Source of the DNA: Octopus sinensis
Lineage: Eukaryota
Direction: 5' to 3'
DNA: 64,000 nt
Assembly (NCBI RefSeq): GCF_006345805.1
Contig: NC_043013.1
Location: forward strand, 28,520,001 to 28,584,000
Shown here: positions 13,081 through 26,712 of the stretch, one piece after another
How the letters are laid out: every line of letters begins with the position of its first letter
How positions within the stretch are numbered: position 1 is the first letter of the stretch
Program-made: the position numbers and the translations under genes
Notes under the pieces: generated by a model
The model's input: only the letters and a program-made list of their open reading frames with translations
Database searches by the model: none
What the model was told of the DNA's origin: nothing

Positions 13081-14749
13081 TTTCTCCATTGGACTAGCGA
13101 TGCCAACAAAACAGAAATATTTCTGTTCACATATTTATCTCGTGTGTGCATGCATGCAAATGTTCTTGTTAAAATTAATGATATGGTTTATATGCTGTAT
13201 TTCAGTTTTAGTAATGTCTAGAGAATAATAATGTTTTTCTTGTTATTTACTGTGTAGTTTTGTAAATTCTAATTTGTTCACTATTATTTTGTGGGGTGTT
13301 TTGTTTTAATGAGTTGACATGCAAAGTCTGCATAAATTAAATTTAGAAATAGGTGACATAGTTAAGTGGAGGTGGGATGTGGGAAAGGATAGGCTGATCT
13401 TATAACAGGTGTAGTGTCAAATCAGGAAGAGTCATAGAAAGTATGTGTAGGTAATTTAAGAGATGTCTTACAGGATCTAATTTTGGACATCCAGTCTCTG
13501 GGTTGTAGGCATAAAGTAGTCAAAGTTAGTTGTTTGATCTGCTAGAAATAGCGACCAAATTTTTGTTAAATCACATTGTATGGTCTTAAAAATATGACTG
13601 GACATAATATGATCCTAGGTGCACTATATTTCGGGGGGAAAAATAAATGTAAACGTGATGCTTATGACTGGAATACTTCTGATTATAGGACACCCTGATT
13701 GTGACTGACCTGGGATAAAACAACAACTACAACAACAGCAAAAAGTGGCTTTGTGACCTGTGAATAGAAATCAATATTCTGTCATAATAATGTGACAATC
13801 GGTAAAGTGGTTGGCTTCAGTCCAAGACAATCCAAGAGATTGTATTTTCCATTGACTTCTCGTGATAGCTATAAATCAATCAATCTCTCTCTCTCTCTTT
13901 CTTACTCTCTTCACCTTCTCCCCCTTCTCTCTCACTGTCTCATCTGTAATCAATATGTCATTCTTATCCATTATCAATCACAATATCTGAAATTATTTAA
14001 TTTATTTTTTTACTTCTTATATCTGAGCCATCAATTTAGACCATTGATGCAACTCTCTGGTGAGACATTTTATAAACTGATAGAGCACGTCTCCCTCATT
14101 CCATGTGTTTTTCTCTCTTTCACTCTCGCACTCTCATCCTCTCCATCTTTCTCTCTTTGACTACTTTGTATAATTCTTTGCTAAGTACATTACATTGTCT
14201 ATAATAGGATACAAACTCACTACATACTATTGTTGTTGCTTAATTTTCTAAACTAATTGAGACGAAAACTCAACAAAAAGCAAACATGCCCATGTGGTGA
14301 TGAAATGGCCAAGTTGATAAAGCATTGTGTTATCTGTTCATAGGTTCTGAGTTCAAACCGGCTGGAATAATTTTATTGTGTTTCTGGGTAGAACATCTCA
14401 TCTTTCATTGCTATAGTCCACCTAAATAGGAAATCATCTGTGTAAATAAATATCCGATCATTCATGGGAATAGGTATCAGATCATCTGTTGTCTGTGGTT
14501 CTCTGGCATGCTATCCAGAGGCAGATTTCGCTTTCACTGTTTTAATACAATGAAACCAGAGCTGAGCACTGATCCTTGTAAACTCATTTGTGGTTTATTA
14601 TGTGTTTGCACGATATTTCACAAACATAATTTTCAAAAGTTTAGAGCACTATAATTAAGTTACTGTTTTCTGGATCGTCTGAATCACCAATCAATCATGC
14701 TACAGTTATGTTGTTTGTGAGAATCTATATACGATCTGCTATAGTATTG

Positions 14750-15360
14750 TTTGTTAACTCATTCAAACTAATCCACTTTTCTTTGGTTATTCAGAACCAT
14801 TTTAGTATTCAAATTGAGCTATTGCTGTGTGACTAGTTCAAATCTTCACAATGCTCCAATTGAGCCACTGCTGTGTGGCTAGACAGGATGTCCAGAATGT
14901 TCTAATTGAGCCACTGCTATGGGGCTATACAGACTCTAGAATGTCTTAAGTTGAGCCAGTGTTGAGTGACAAATGTTCAAATTGAGCCATTCTGCTGTGG
15001 ATGCACAGAATCTCTAACTGGTCTACTTTTCTATGTTTAGTCAGAATTAGCAAATAGAACCATTGCTGTGTGATAATCAGAACTTCTAATTGATCCATTA
15101 TTCAGTATTAACCAGAAACTTTGAGCCTTTGTTTTGTGTTTGTCAAGATCTTTAACTGATCAATTATTTGCTGTTAATGTGCATCTGTAATTGTTTCACA
15201 ATTCCCCGACTGTAGTTAAAGCTCTGTTCTGTTAATAGCTGGAAGGTTCAATTGAACAATTGTTATACGGTCAATCCAGTTTTTCAATGGAGTCATTGTA
15301 GTGTGGTTAGTAAGAAAGTCCTGTTGTTCATTGGTTTGTCAGAATCTTTAAACTGAACTT
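14750..15360. repeat. Degenerate ~38-47-bp minisatellite
   Basis: Recurrent aattgagcca(c/t)tgctgtgtg...cagaat units. Confidence 0.7.
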
Positions 15361-16285
15361 ATGCTCTCTATTCTTATTCACAGTAACTGTTGGGTGATTA
15401 CATCTTACTAAGGTTTGATCAAATAAGAACCAGTCAAGACTGGAGTAGATTTAGTTGATTGTTCTCTCCTCTGGAGACCTTTTTGATACAAGACATCAAA
15501 GTCTTTGGCATCCACTTTGAAAAAAATAAAAAATAAAAACAACAAACTCTTTACATTCTAAGCTTAACTTCTGTCAAGGCCAGCTTTGCCATTCATCCTT
15601 CCAGAGTCGATAGCATAAAGTAACAATGATATACTAGAATCGGTGGAATCAATGAATGCCTCCCCACCTCAAAATTGCCTTGGGCCTAAAAAATTCTTCA
15701 TTATAGTCGTTGTCATCATCATCATCGTTGCTGCCACTGCTATTATCATCATCATCATCATTTAACATCTGTATTCCATGCTTGCATGGGTTGAACAGCT
15801 TGACAGAATCTGACAAGCCAGAGGACTGTTTTGGCATGGTTTCTAACACCAACCATTTTCACGGCACAGACATTAGTTGAGCTCACCAAGTGACTTCAAC
15901 TATGAGAACCCATTGACAGAGTGTGGGCGCAATGCTAAGAGAGGTGGCCCTGTGCCTGGTGTTGAGAAGCTAAAGTATGACAGAGGGGCATGAAGAGGAG
16001 TCTTGTTGTAGAGGAGTTGCCCAAGCAGGAAAGGAAGAAAGGATGGTGAAGAAGGAGTGTCAGGCAAGACTCTTAAAGTACAAGAAGGCAGACGAAAGGA
16101 GAATGGAGACAGAGAATCAAAGATGATTGCATAGGTAGGTTTATGAGAATGTGAAAGGAGAGTAACGGGCAGTTAGAGATGGGGATTGAGGTGAATGCAG
16201 TGAATAGTGTATCTCAGGTGAAGTGAAGGTAAAGGAAAAGTTAAACGAGTCAGGGAGGAGATGATAGGTGGCTGGACATAAATTA

Positions 16286-16656
16286 TTATTATTACTTCTG
16301 CCTTAGTGAAGGTGGAGGTATTGTTTTCAATCATGTTTGTTAGTCCTTGCACAAAATACCTCAAGAACTGCTGGATGGATTTGGATGAAACTTTCAGGGA
16401 TGTTTTGCCTCATGGCTGGCACAACTGATTAGACTTTGGGATTGGTTCAGTACTGGACAAGAATTCTGGATTATTTTCCCGTTTCTTTTTTTTTACTTAA
16501 TTTTTGAGAGCAGTTGGATTCATTTTTGGTATTCTCATTTGTGAGAGCAGTTGAGTTTATTTCAGACATTCTCATTTTAAAAATCATCTCCAGCTAATCA
16601 TTAAGAGGACATTGGTGTTGCCTTGGCGGAGGTTTGTGCTCTCTGAGTGCTCTTGT
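16286..16656 (+). mobile_element. Helentron/Helitron2-type non-autonomous element
   Basis: 5' ttattacttctgccttag and 3' gccttggcggaggt subterminal inverted repeat, followed by the gtgctctctgagtgc hairpin and T-rich end. Confidence 0.6.
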
Positions 16657-16659
16657 TAT

Positions 16660-16900
16660 TATTGTTATTTGATGAAAATTCTCAGCTTATTTGCTGGGTA
16701 TGATGGAGTGTCAACTGTCGACAGCTAGCAGACTAACGTAACACTTTACTGGTCATTGCTTCAAGAATCATGTGAAGAGTTCTTGCAGTTCCAAGCAATG
16801 CTGATTTTTGTAGGTGTTTACATTTGTAGGTCTTTACATTTGTATCAATCTTTCTAAGCCATGTTACTTCCAAGTGCACCAATTACTATTGGTATCATGT
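16660..16900 (-). mobile_element. R4/Dong-like LINE 3' fragment
   Basis: Minus strand LQKSALLGTARTLHMIL preceded by IPIVIGALG-like sequence. Confidence 0.65.
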
Positions 16901-16989
16901 CTACTCCCCTCATTGACCACAGCCTTCATATTACCCACTTCAAATCGTTGTAGTCCTCCTCCTCCTCCTTCTTGTTGGAACTCCTGGAG

Positions 16990-17245
16990 TATTGCATGCA
17001 TAGGTGGTTTGCTGCCTGCAGCCTATGGTACCATGCTATCTGTTCTTTTCAGCTCTCAAATACTTTCCTGATTATTCTGGCCATGCCAAGGCGGCAAACC
17101 TTATGTAACAGTTCTACTGGGCACTCTACTCCAATATCCTTAATATTCCACTTGATGCCTTCTGATATTCTCCCCAAAGACCCAACAACAATTGGCACTG
17201 TCTTCACCTCCTTCATTTTCCATAGTTGGGAAATTTCATACTTCA
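16990..17245 (-). mobile_element. R4/Dong-like LINE 3' fragment (second subfamily)
   Basis: KYEISQLWKMKEVKTVPIVVGSLG...LLHKVCRLGMARIIRKVFES. Confidence 0.75.
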
Positions 17246-17324
17246 CAGGATTGTGTATATATATATATACACACACATATATATATATATCTATTTTTTT
17301 TGCTTTCATTCTTGACTGTTTGTG

Positions 17325-17373
<49 letters not shown>

Positions 17374-17439
17374 GGAATTGATAAGAATATATCTCAGAGA
17401 AAGAAATTTCAGCTTTATATTTTTGGTTTTGTTTCGTGT

Positions 17440-17543
17440 GGTGGTGGTGGCAGTAGCAGTTGTGGTCATCACAGTAAGGTCAGTTGTAATGGTAGTGAGC
17501 AGTGTGATGGACAGTAGTTGTAACAGCAATAACAGTAGCCACT

Positions 17544-17574
<31 letters not shown>

Positions 17575-17679
17575 TAGCAGCAGCAGCGGCAGCAGCAGGA
17601 GTGATGGTGGCGGAAATTGGTGGGAGAAATAATTTACCATTTTAAAACTTCAAAATCTGATATCTTTATTGTGTTGCAG

Positions 17680-17710
<31 letters not shown>

Positions 17711-17950
17711 CACTACCACTACTACCACTACCACTACTACTACCACTATACTACTACTACTACTACTACAACTACTACTACTACTACTGCCACCACCACC
17801 ACCATCACCACCACCACTACTACTGCCACCCTCATCACACCACTACTACTATTACTACAACTGCTATCACCACCACTACTATTACTACCACCACTAACTA
17901 CTACTGCTGCTGCTGCTGCCACCACTACCACCACCACCACCACTACTACT
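17440..17950. repeat. Mixed trinucleotide microsatellites (AGC/AGT then CTA/CCA)
   Basis: Direct reading. Confidence 0.9.
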
Positions 17951-18460
17951 GCTCTGGTGGAATTAGTCATTGTTATGCAATGACAGAAATACGTTACAGG
18001 TAGAGTTAAACAATTTTCTTTATTGTTTTTTAACTCAGTATCGATTAATTGATTGTGTGTCCTGCCTGTCAGCAGTGATGAAAGGTGGTGGTGGTTGTGA
18101 TACCATTTGCAGCGGTGGTATTGAGAACCATGATGGTGGTGGTGGTCAAGCTAGCATTGTGATGTACAATGTTGTGAAATGTAGTTTTGGTGGTAGGGTT
18201 GGTGTTGAGATAATGTTGGTGATGATACTGACAGTAGCAGTATGGTTGTTGTTGGTGGTGGTGGTGTAGTATTGAAAAAAGTGAAAAATTAGTATTGTTG
18301 CTGGCCAGAGTGGTAGTGGTGTAGAGTCAATCATTTACTCGAGACTGTCGTATGGCCATGATGTTCTTGAGAATATGTCTTGTTGAGACTTAAAAAATTT
18401 TGTTGGTCTTTCAGAGCTCATGTTTCAGTTTTAAATATTCATATGCATATTATATGGGTG

Positions 18461-18495
<35 letters not shown>

Positions 18496-19735
18496 GGGTG
18501 TGTGTGTGTGTGTGTGTGATGTGAACTTTTTGAGGCTTGATAAGAGGGAGAAAAAACAAGAAAGAATTCTTTCTTCTTTTCTCTTTTTTTTCTCCTAACC
18601 AAGCCTCCAAAAATTCACCACACAGTCCATGTTGTGATGTGGTTGGCATCCAGCTGCAAAAAAGCATGCTAATGCAAACACTAAGCTCAATGCAGTTCTT
18701 GGATACATCAGATCTTGCCAAACCATCCAACCCAAGCCAGCATGGAACAAGGCAATTACATGATATTATATATATGTTAGTAAAATTAATGAATAATGAA
18801 GCCAGTGAGCTCCTTACATTGTGAGAGCAAAAGCTTAGTAACCTTTATATATTTCAGGCACAAAGGCCCATTATCAGAAGTGAATGACTTGAAGAAATGC
18901 AAGTTTATGTAGATTTTGCCATGTTGATTGATATATGGGATGGTCTGAGTGGTTAAGTTGTTCACTTGCAATTATGTTCAATCCCACTGTAGGGTGCTTT
19001 GTTTAAGTACCCTTTATGATAGCCTCAGATTGATGTAAGTCTTGTGAGTGAAAGTGAGTACACAGACACCCAAGAAGCCCAATTAGATTACCTGCATTTG
19101 AAATTTAAAATACTAACCTGGTCTCACACTTTGTGTGTGTACATGTGTGTGACTTGACAAGAAGTGCCATGATCATACAGGTGTTGTCTCTTGGTTTCAA
19201 TCTTTAGAGTAAAAGTGTTTGGCCATGGAGAAATATTTCCTTCCTTGGAAACAAGGAGATTGGTGACAGGAAAGGGATCCTGCTATAGAAAAATCTGTCT
19301 CAACCAATCCTATCTCATCCATCTGAGCATGGACATTAAAAGGAGGATTCTAATGGTAATGCTTTTTTCTTTTTTATCATCTCAGAAGCTATTGTAACCC
19401 AGGTGCCTAGATTTTTGTGCTGATGCATTTTGTTTGATAAATGTGTTGGTGTGGAACTCTGTGTTTTCCAAATCATTGTAGCTCTTCAATTCATAAAAAA
19501 GAATGTGTGTTTCTTCCTCCTCCTCCTTGTCATTCTCCTCCTCCTCCTCCTCCTCATCATCATCATCATCTTTTTATGCCTGTTTTCTCTGCTGTGAATG
19601 TGTGTGTGTGCATGTGTGGGGAGGGAGGAAGAGTATGTATGTGTATCTGTGTATCACACACGCACGTATATATGCAAATATTTATATATATATACATATA
19701 TGTATGTATGTATGTATATATGTATATATATATAC

Positions 19736-19770
<35 letters not shown>

Positions 19771-19772
19771 TA

Positions 19773-19833
<61 letters not shown>

Positions 19834-19869
19834 GAAATATTTTTGTTTAAAATCATATCTAATTATGTA

Positions 19870-19908
<39 letters not shown>

Positions 19909-19940
19909 CACACATATATTTGTCTAAAATTATATCTAAT

Positions 19941-19989
<49 letters not shown>

Positions 19990-20639
19990 ATCTAATTATA
20001 CATATCTAATTATATATATATATATATACACACACACACATGATCTAATACATACACACACACATGCATGCACACACAGAGTTCAGCCTTAAATCAATTT
20101 TCTTAGCTAAGTCCAGAATCACTGAGATTTCATTGGTCACAGCTGTTACTATGTACATTTCTCTTCTACACACACAACCACTTTATTTGCCAATGTCAAT
20201 TAGATTTAATATTGTGTGTGTGTGTGTGTGTGTGTGATAGGATGTTTAATTTAATTTTTTTTATGTGTGATGGGCGGTGGATTGTCGGATCAGAACAGCA
20301 GCAAACAAAAATACCTTTTGATATTTTATTGCAACACTTTATGGTTTTGTTCTGAGTTCAAATCCCGCCCAGGTCGACTTTACTCTTCATCCCTCAGCTG
20401 TTGATAGTGTTAGTAGTGATTAAAATACTGGAGGAGTTTACATAATCAAACTATACTCTTAAAAGTGTTGCTCCAGCTAGGCCATGTTTTAATTACTGAA
20501 AAGAATAGAAGAATAAGAGAATGGTATTTCTGTTCATTCTGATGGAGTAATTTCATTGTATTTCTCTTTCTTTCTTTTATTTTTTTTGTGTGATTTTTAT
20601 TCTTGTGTCTTATTTTATAACATTTTCAATCTTAAGTTT

Positions 20640-21144
20640 TGAATGAGAGAGAAAGAGAGAGAAGAGAGAAAAGGGGAGAGAGAGATAAGGAGAATAAGAG
20701 GAGAGAGTGAGAGAGAGACAAGGATAATAAGAGGAGAGAGGGAGATAGAGACAAGGAGAACAAGAGGAGTGAGAGAGACAAAGAGAATAAGAGGAAAGAG
20801 AGAGAGAGCAAGACAAAGAGAATAAGAGGAGAGAGTAAGAAAGAAGAGAATGGGGAAGAGGAGAGAGGAAGAAGAGAGAGAGGGTGAAATATAGAATGAA
20901 GGGCAGAGAGAGAAAGGAAAATATAGAATGAGAAAGAAAGAGAGAGAGACAGAGAGTAAGGAGAGACAGTAGTGTGGCCAGAAGGGGGGAGGGTCCCTTC
21001 CCCATCGGCGACACATTTATGGAGATGGCATTTTGGGTCTGTTGCATATGCCTGTATAGTTTTAGAAGCAGGTGTTGGTGGGTTGGATAGCAAAGGCTAC
21101 CTGAGCCCCCACCCCAGCTAGCTGACACTCTTGTTGCATGACTA

Positions 21145-21206
<62 letters not shown>

Positions 21207-21275
21207 TTGATAGAGGAACAGAGAGAGAGGGAGAGATGTGAGAAACAGAAAGTGACAGGGAAAGAGCTAGAGAGA
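20640..21275. repeat. Long polypurine (GA-rich) tract
   Basis: gagagagacaaggagaataagagga-type repeats and (GA)n. Confidence 0.85.
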
Positions 21276-21759
21276 GAGAGAGAGAGTCTGTGCTATCAGA
21301 TTAAAGGTCTTGCATTATTTTGTTCCAGCCATTTTGTGGAAACAGGAATAACGTTGTCAGTTCCAAATGCTTACAGCACAATGATTTTTGCTAAAGGCAT
21401 CTAAGAATCAGGTGGTGTTTTTAAGCTGGATGACATGTTAGAAATTTGTTACTTGCTCCTTCCAGAAATACATTGTGGTGGTCATATCATCATATGAAAT
21501 CATTGTTTTAATCATTTATATTGCAATAGAATCAGCATTAAATCAAAAATAGCCTTTTATGCTCAATGTATATACGTAATTGAAAGGCAAATATACTGTT
21601 GTATTTGTCCAGAAATAACATCTCTTATGCATGTGCTGTGTTTAAAGACACAATGTATATCATAGACAGACAGAAATTGTTCCAGCAGTGGCTAGTGTGA
21701 ACACCAGATGCATATCAGCTTTCTAGGGCCTTGTCAAAAGCATCTTTCATCTCCCCCTG

Positions 21760-22165
21760 ATATTCTTTTAGTCTTTCACTTACTTCAATTATTTGATTAT
21801 GGCCATGTTAGAGCACTGCCTTAAAGGATTTTAGTTGCAGAAATCAACCCCAGGACTTATTCTTTGTAGGCCTAGTACTTATTCTATCGGCCTCTTTTGT
21901 TGAACTGCTAATTCACAGGGACATAAACACACCAACATTGGTTGTCAAGTGATTGTGGGGGAACAAACACAGACACAAAGACACACACACATTTATATAT
22001 ATGATGGGCTTCTTTTCAGTTTCCATCTACCAGATCCACTCACAAAGCTTTGTTTGGCCTGAGGCTATAGTAGAAGACACTTGCCGTAGGTGCCATGCAG
22101 TGGGATTGAACCTGGAACTGTGTTGTTGAGAAAGAAGCTGCTTACCATACAGCCACGACTGCACC
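21760..22165 (-). mobile_element. tRNA-derived SINE family B (resembles octopus OR-type SINEs), bipartite with central microsatellite
   Basis: Reverse complement of the family-B copy at 50772-51195. Confidence 0.8.
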
Positions 22166-22243
22166 ATATTCAAGAGTACTACGACAATGAACCTGGAGCC
22201 TTTCACAGAAGCTTTTGGCCGCATCTTACGACCATATACATAT

Positions 22244-23036
22244 ATATTTGATTCGACATTCATTTACACACTGAAATAAATGAGCCAAGAAGTGAACCTC
22301 TACATGGTCACTCGACCAGCTAGAAATAGCAGCCAAGTCACCCTGAAATCACATTCTACTAAATTAAAAACTGGACATGAGTTATTAGGTAGTCTTATAC
22401 AGGACGGTTATGGCAGGAATATGCTTGAACTTAGATCTACTAAATTGGGATTAGCATGTTGTTGAATGATAACAATCGGTTAAACATTAAGCACTGGCCA
22501 TCAGTGTGTCAGATTTGTGGTAAATAAATCACTGAAAGGCAGATTTATTGTAGTATTTGTCCAGAGATAACATCTCTTATGGTCACACTATGTTTAAAAA
22601 GACAATATATATATATATTCTTTTCTCCTCTAGGCACAAGGCCTGAAATTTATGGGTAGGAGGCCAGTCGATTAGATCAACCTCAGTATATGACTGGTAC
22701 TTAATTTATCGACCCTGAAAGGAGGAAAGGCAAAGTCAACCTCGGCAGAATTTAAACTCAGAATGTAAAGACAGACAAAATACTGCTAAGCCTTTTGCCT
22801 GGCGTGCTAAATTTCTGCCAACATGCTAATCCCGATTGAGTAGATCTAAGTTCAAGTGTATTCCTGCCATGACCATCCTGTATAAGACTACCTAATATCT
22901 CATGTCCAGTTTTTAATTTAGTAGAATGTGATTTCAGGGTGACTTGGCTGCTATTTCTAGCTGGTCAAGTGACCATGTAGAGGTTCACTTCTTGGCTCAT
23001 TTATTTTAGTGTGTAAATGAATGTCGAATCAAATAT
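22244..23036. repeat. ~218-bp inverted duplication (22244-22461 / 22819-23036)
   Basis: Arms are reverse complements with about 9 mismatches; spacer contains a family-A SINE (22620-22820, minus). Confidence 0.9.
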
Positions 23037-23554
23037 TTTTGTTCCTTTTTTGCTTTTTTTTTATCACCTTTACTTTTTCCTTTCCATTAAAAACAAACAT
23101 CATGTTTAATTTTTTGTGCTTGATTGACTTTTATTTTTATATATTTTTGTATCTTTGAAAGTTAGACTATTGACGGGCCATTAATTTCTATATCTCTGTT
23201 GCTTTCTGCATATATCTGCTTATCTATCTTTAGACACACACACACACATACACACACACTCACACACACACTCACACACCTTTATGAATTTGTGTGTGAA
23301 GAGATGTGGCTTAGTGGTTAAAGTGTTGCACTCATGATTGTAAGATTGTGGTTTCAATTCCTGGAAGCAGGCAATATATTGTGTTCTTGATGCTCCAGTA
23401 CATCCAGCTGGTAAAATTGAATAATCCTTGATGGATTAGCATCCTGTCCAGTGAGGAATATATATGCCACATAATCCAGGGAACTAGACTTATGAGCCTA
23501 CATCTTGGGAAGGACCTTTGAGCCTTCTGCTTTAAAAAATATATATAACTATCA

Positions 23555-23930
23555 TAGGTACAGGCATGGCTGTGTGGTAAGAAGCTTGCTTCCTAATCAC
23601 ACGATTCCAGGTTCAGTTCTACTGCATAGCACCTTGGGCAAATGTTTTCTACTATAGCCTCAGACCAACCGAGGCCTTGTGAGTGATTTTGGTAAATGGA
23701 AACTGAAAGAAGCCTGTCGTGTATGTGTGTGTGTATGTTTATATCTGTGTTTGTCCTCCATCACAGTCTGACAGTGTCAGTGTGTTTATGTCCCCATAAC
23801 TTAGCAGTTCAGTAAGAGAGACTAATAGAATAAGAACCAGGCTCAAAAAGAAAGTACTGGGGTTGATTCATTCAACTAAAAATTCTTCAAGTGTTACCCC
23901 AGCATGGCCACAATCAAATGCCTGTACTAA
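23555..23930 (+). mobile_element. SINE family B
   Basis: ggcatggctgtgtggtaagaagcttgct...ggttcagtt...gcaccttgggcaa...ggaaactgaaagaagcc. Confidence 0.8.
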
Positions 23931-25579
23931 AGATACTTATGGTATCAGGTTGTAAATTAAGTCTACCACTCAAAATTTGATTTTGTAAACAGATAGTGAA
24001 AGAAGTCCATCATATAGTTATATATGTGTATGCATCTGTATGCATGTGTGTGTGTATCTATATACCTGGTGCCTATTGTACCAGGTTGTGAATTAAGTCT
24101 ATCACTCAAACTTTGATTCCTATTCTGACAAGTCTTATGAGAAATTTAGTGTAGCTGAGTATGGAACTTTTATAGTTTCCTTGTTTAAAATTTTGTCATA
24201 TTTATGGCTAGAGGGAAGTATCTTTAGGCAGTTTAAAGAATATTTTGGCTATAGGTGCAGGAACCTTTTTTTAAGTTGAAAGGTGGATTAAACCAAATGA
24301 TATATCTTCTTTTATTTTTGGTTTTCATGTGAATTTGTAGTTGTCAGTATTGTTTTTGTTTATCTAGTTACTTCAGAATATTTTTGTGAAATTCCACTGC
24401 TTGGTATTAATTTGATTTATAACAGTTAAAATAATTTCTCTGTGATATGTGAAGCCAAAGAATTATAGGTAGATTGTGTAATGAAAACAAAATCATTTTA
24501 TGTTAGGTAAAGCACATCTACATAATAAATGAGAAAACACTTCATAATCAATTTTAGTGTGTAAAAATATATACACAATTAGTGTTTAATAAAATGTAAA
24601 TATTTAGATAAATGAATTGATTGTTGAATGACTGATATGCGGTAAGTAGATGCCAAATTAAATCAATAATAATAGATTATAATTAATCAATTAGTGAAAG
24701 ATACATTTGCAAGTGGTCTCATACTCATGTGCAAACACTTAGTGAATGTTTATACATATTTTCCATAACGGTGATGCTCCAGCTTGGCTGGAACACTTGT
24801 TGAAACTAGCATAGAAAAAGAACTCATCGTCATCATCATCATCACTATCACCATCCCCATCATCATCATTTAGCATCTGTTTTTGTAGCCAAGTGAAATC
24901 GTAGTTGTGGCTGGTACCAGTGATACATAACTAAATGGTTAAGACATTTGATTCCAAACCATGTGATTTCCAGTTCAGTCCCACTTCATAATACCTTATG
25001 CAAGAAGTGCCTCATAAGTATAGCCCCAGGCTGACCAAAGCCTTGTGTGTAGATTTGGTAGACAGAAACTAAACGACAACCAATGTGTATATATATGTAT
25101 GTGTATATGTGTTTGTGCATGTGTGTGATGTCTCTATGCATGCATACATGTCTCTTTGTTTTGTCATTGCATGATAGTTGTACAGGAATGTCACCATCTT
25201 ATAAGCGGTGTTGTAAAGGAATGTCACCATCTTACAAGCGGTGTTGTTCATTTTCAATCTTCCTTTGAACATACACAGCACACATACATGCTTAATAATT
25301 GCTGACATCAACATTTATTGGTTGTTTGGTTGATTCTCCAGTCACACTTTACATCACATTGTGTGTGAGCAAGAGTAAAAGAATTACAGAGAGAATTAAC
25401 ATAAAAAGTGCTGGATGAGTGCTCGTACTAGGTTTGGTGGCAAGCAATGAGTAAGGTAATACCACACACACACATACAGTGAGAGAGAGAAAGAGTCATA
25501 CTGACAGAGAAGGAGAGGGAATAAATGACAGAGGAGGAGAGTAGAATAAATGAATGCCTGAAAGTTGGTTATTCTGTTA

Positions 25580-25784
25580 TTTCTTTATTCTTTTATTTGT
25601 TTCAGTCTTTTGACTGTGGCCATGGTGGAGTACCGCTTTTAGTCAAACAAACTGACCTTAATACTTATTCTTTGTAAGCCTAGTACTTATTCTATTGGTC
25701 TCTTTTGCTGAACTGCTAAGTTACAGGGACATAAAAATGCCAACATTGGTTGTCAAGCAATGGTGAGGGGACAAACACAGACTC

Positions 25785-25815
<31 letters not shown>

Positions 25816-26085
25816 ACAATACAAAATGGGACAAGAACGCAAAACATCCAGACAGTTAGGTGATACAAAAAAGGGACAGCAAAACATCCAAATAGACAAT
25901 ACAAAGAAAACAAGGACGGGTCATTTGGAGTTTTCTTTCCTCAGTCAAGTTCCAGATTATCTTTGCAATTTCAGTTGGTTATACTCGAGATTGCTCCAAT
26001 CTGGCCAACCCCAAGGAAAAACTAAGCTAAGAGCATTAGATTCCTTGGAAGAAAGCAGTGAATGTATACGAAAACAAGGATGGAA

Positions 26086-26168
<83 letters not shown>

Positions 26169-26330
26169 GATGAGCTTCCTACAGTTTCTGTCCGCCAAAT
26201 TCACTCAGAAAGCTTTGGTCAGCCTGAGGCTATAGTAGAAGACACTTGCCCAAGGTGTCACGCAGTGGGACTGAATCAAGAACCATGTGGTTGGTAACCA
26301 AGCTACTTATCACACAGCCACTTCTCTACC
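25580..26330 (-). mobile_element. SINE family B interrupted in its central (TA)n by a ~275-bp insert
   Basis: 3' half at 25580-25790, head at 26165-26330. Confidence 0.75.
25814..26087 (-). mobile_element. TA-targeted element with permuted hammerhead-like motif
   Basis: Flanked by (TA)n on both sides; gcaaUC ucgagu ... GAAA uugc ... acuuga CUGAGGA. Confidence 0.55.
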
Positions 26331-26340
26331 TAAAAGTTAG

Positions 26341-26404
26341 TGGGGAATTGAACCCCGCTCTCCCACATGACAGGCAGGGATACTTACCACTATACAACTG
26401 AGGA
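26341..26404 (-). pseudogene. tRNA-Asp(GTC) pseudogene
   Basis: tcctcagttgtatagtggtaagtatccctgcctGTCatgtgggagagcggggttcaattcccc closely matches metazoan tRNA-Asp; 3' acceptor strand missing; CpG-decay substitutions. Confidence 0.85.
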
Positions 26405-26644
26405 ATTGTATTATTAATATTGGTTTGTGTTTCCATTTCTCAACAGCATAATGTAAGTAATTTATGAAGGTATCAAAGAAGACATTTCTTATAAAAAGAC
26501 AGAAAAGATGTATTTTAAAATAATTGCAAATTAGCAATTCATTTCAAATTTCTCTTTCATAAACTTTCAAATGATATTTTTATTTACATTTCAAAATGAA
26601 TTGTTAATTTGCAAATTACTTTTACATCTGTCTTTATAGTTAAA

Positions 26645-26712
<68 letters not shown>

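Noticed and set aside
14750-15360. CRISPR-like repeat/spacer appearance
   Set aside because: Repeats are degenerate, the spacers are mutually similar, there are no cas genes, and the context is eukaryotic
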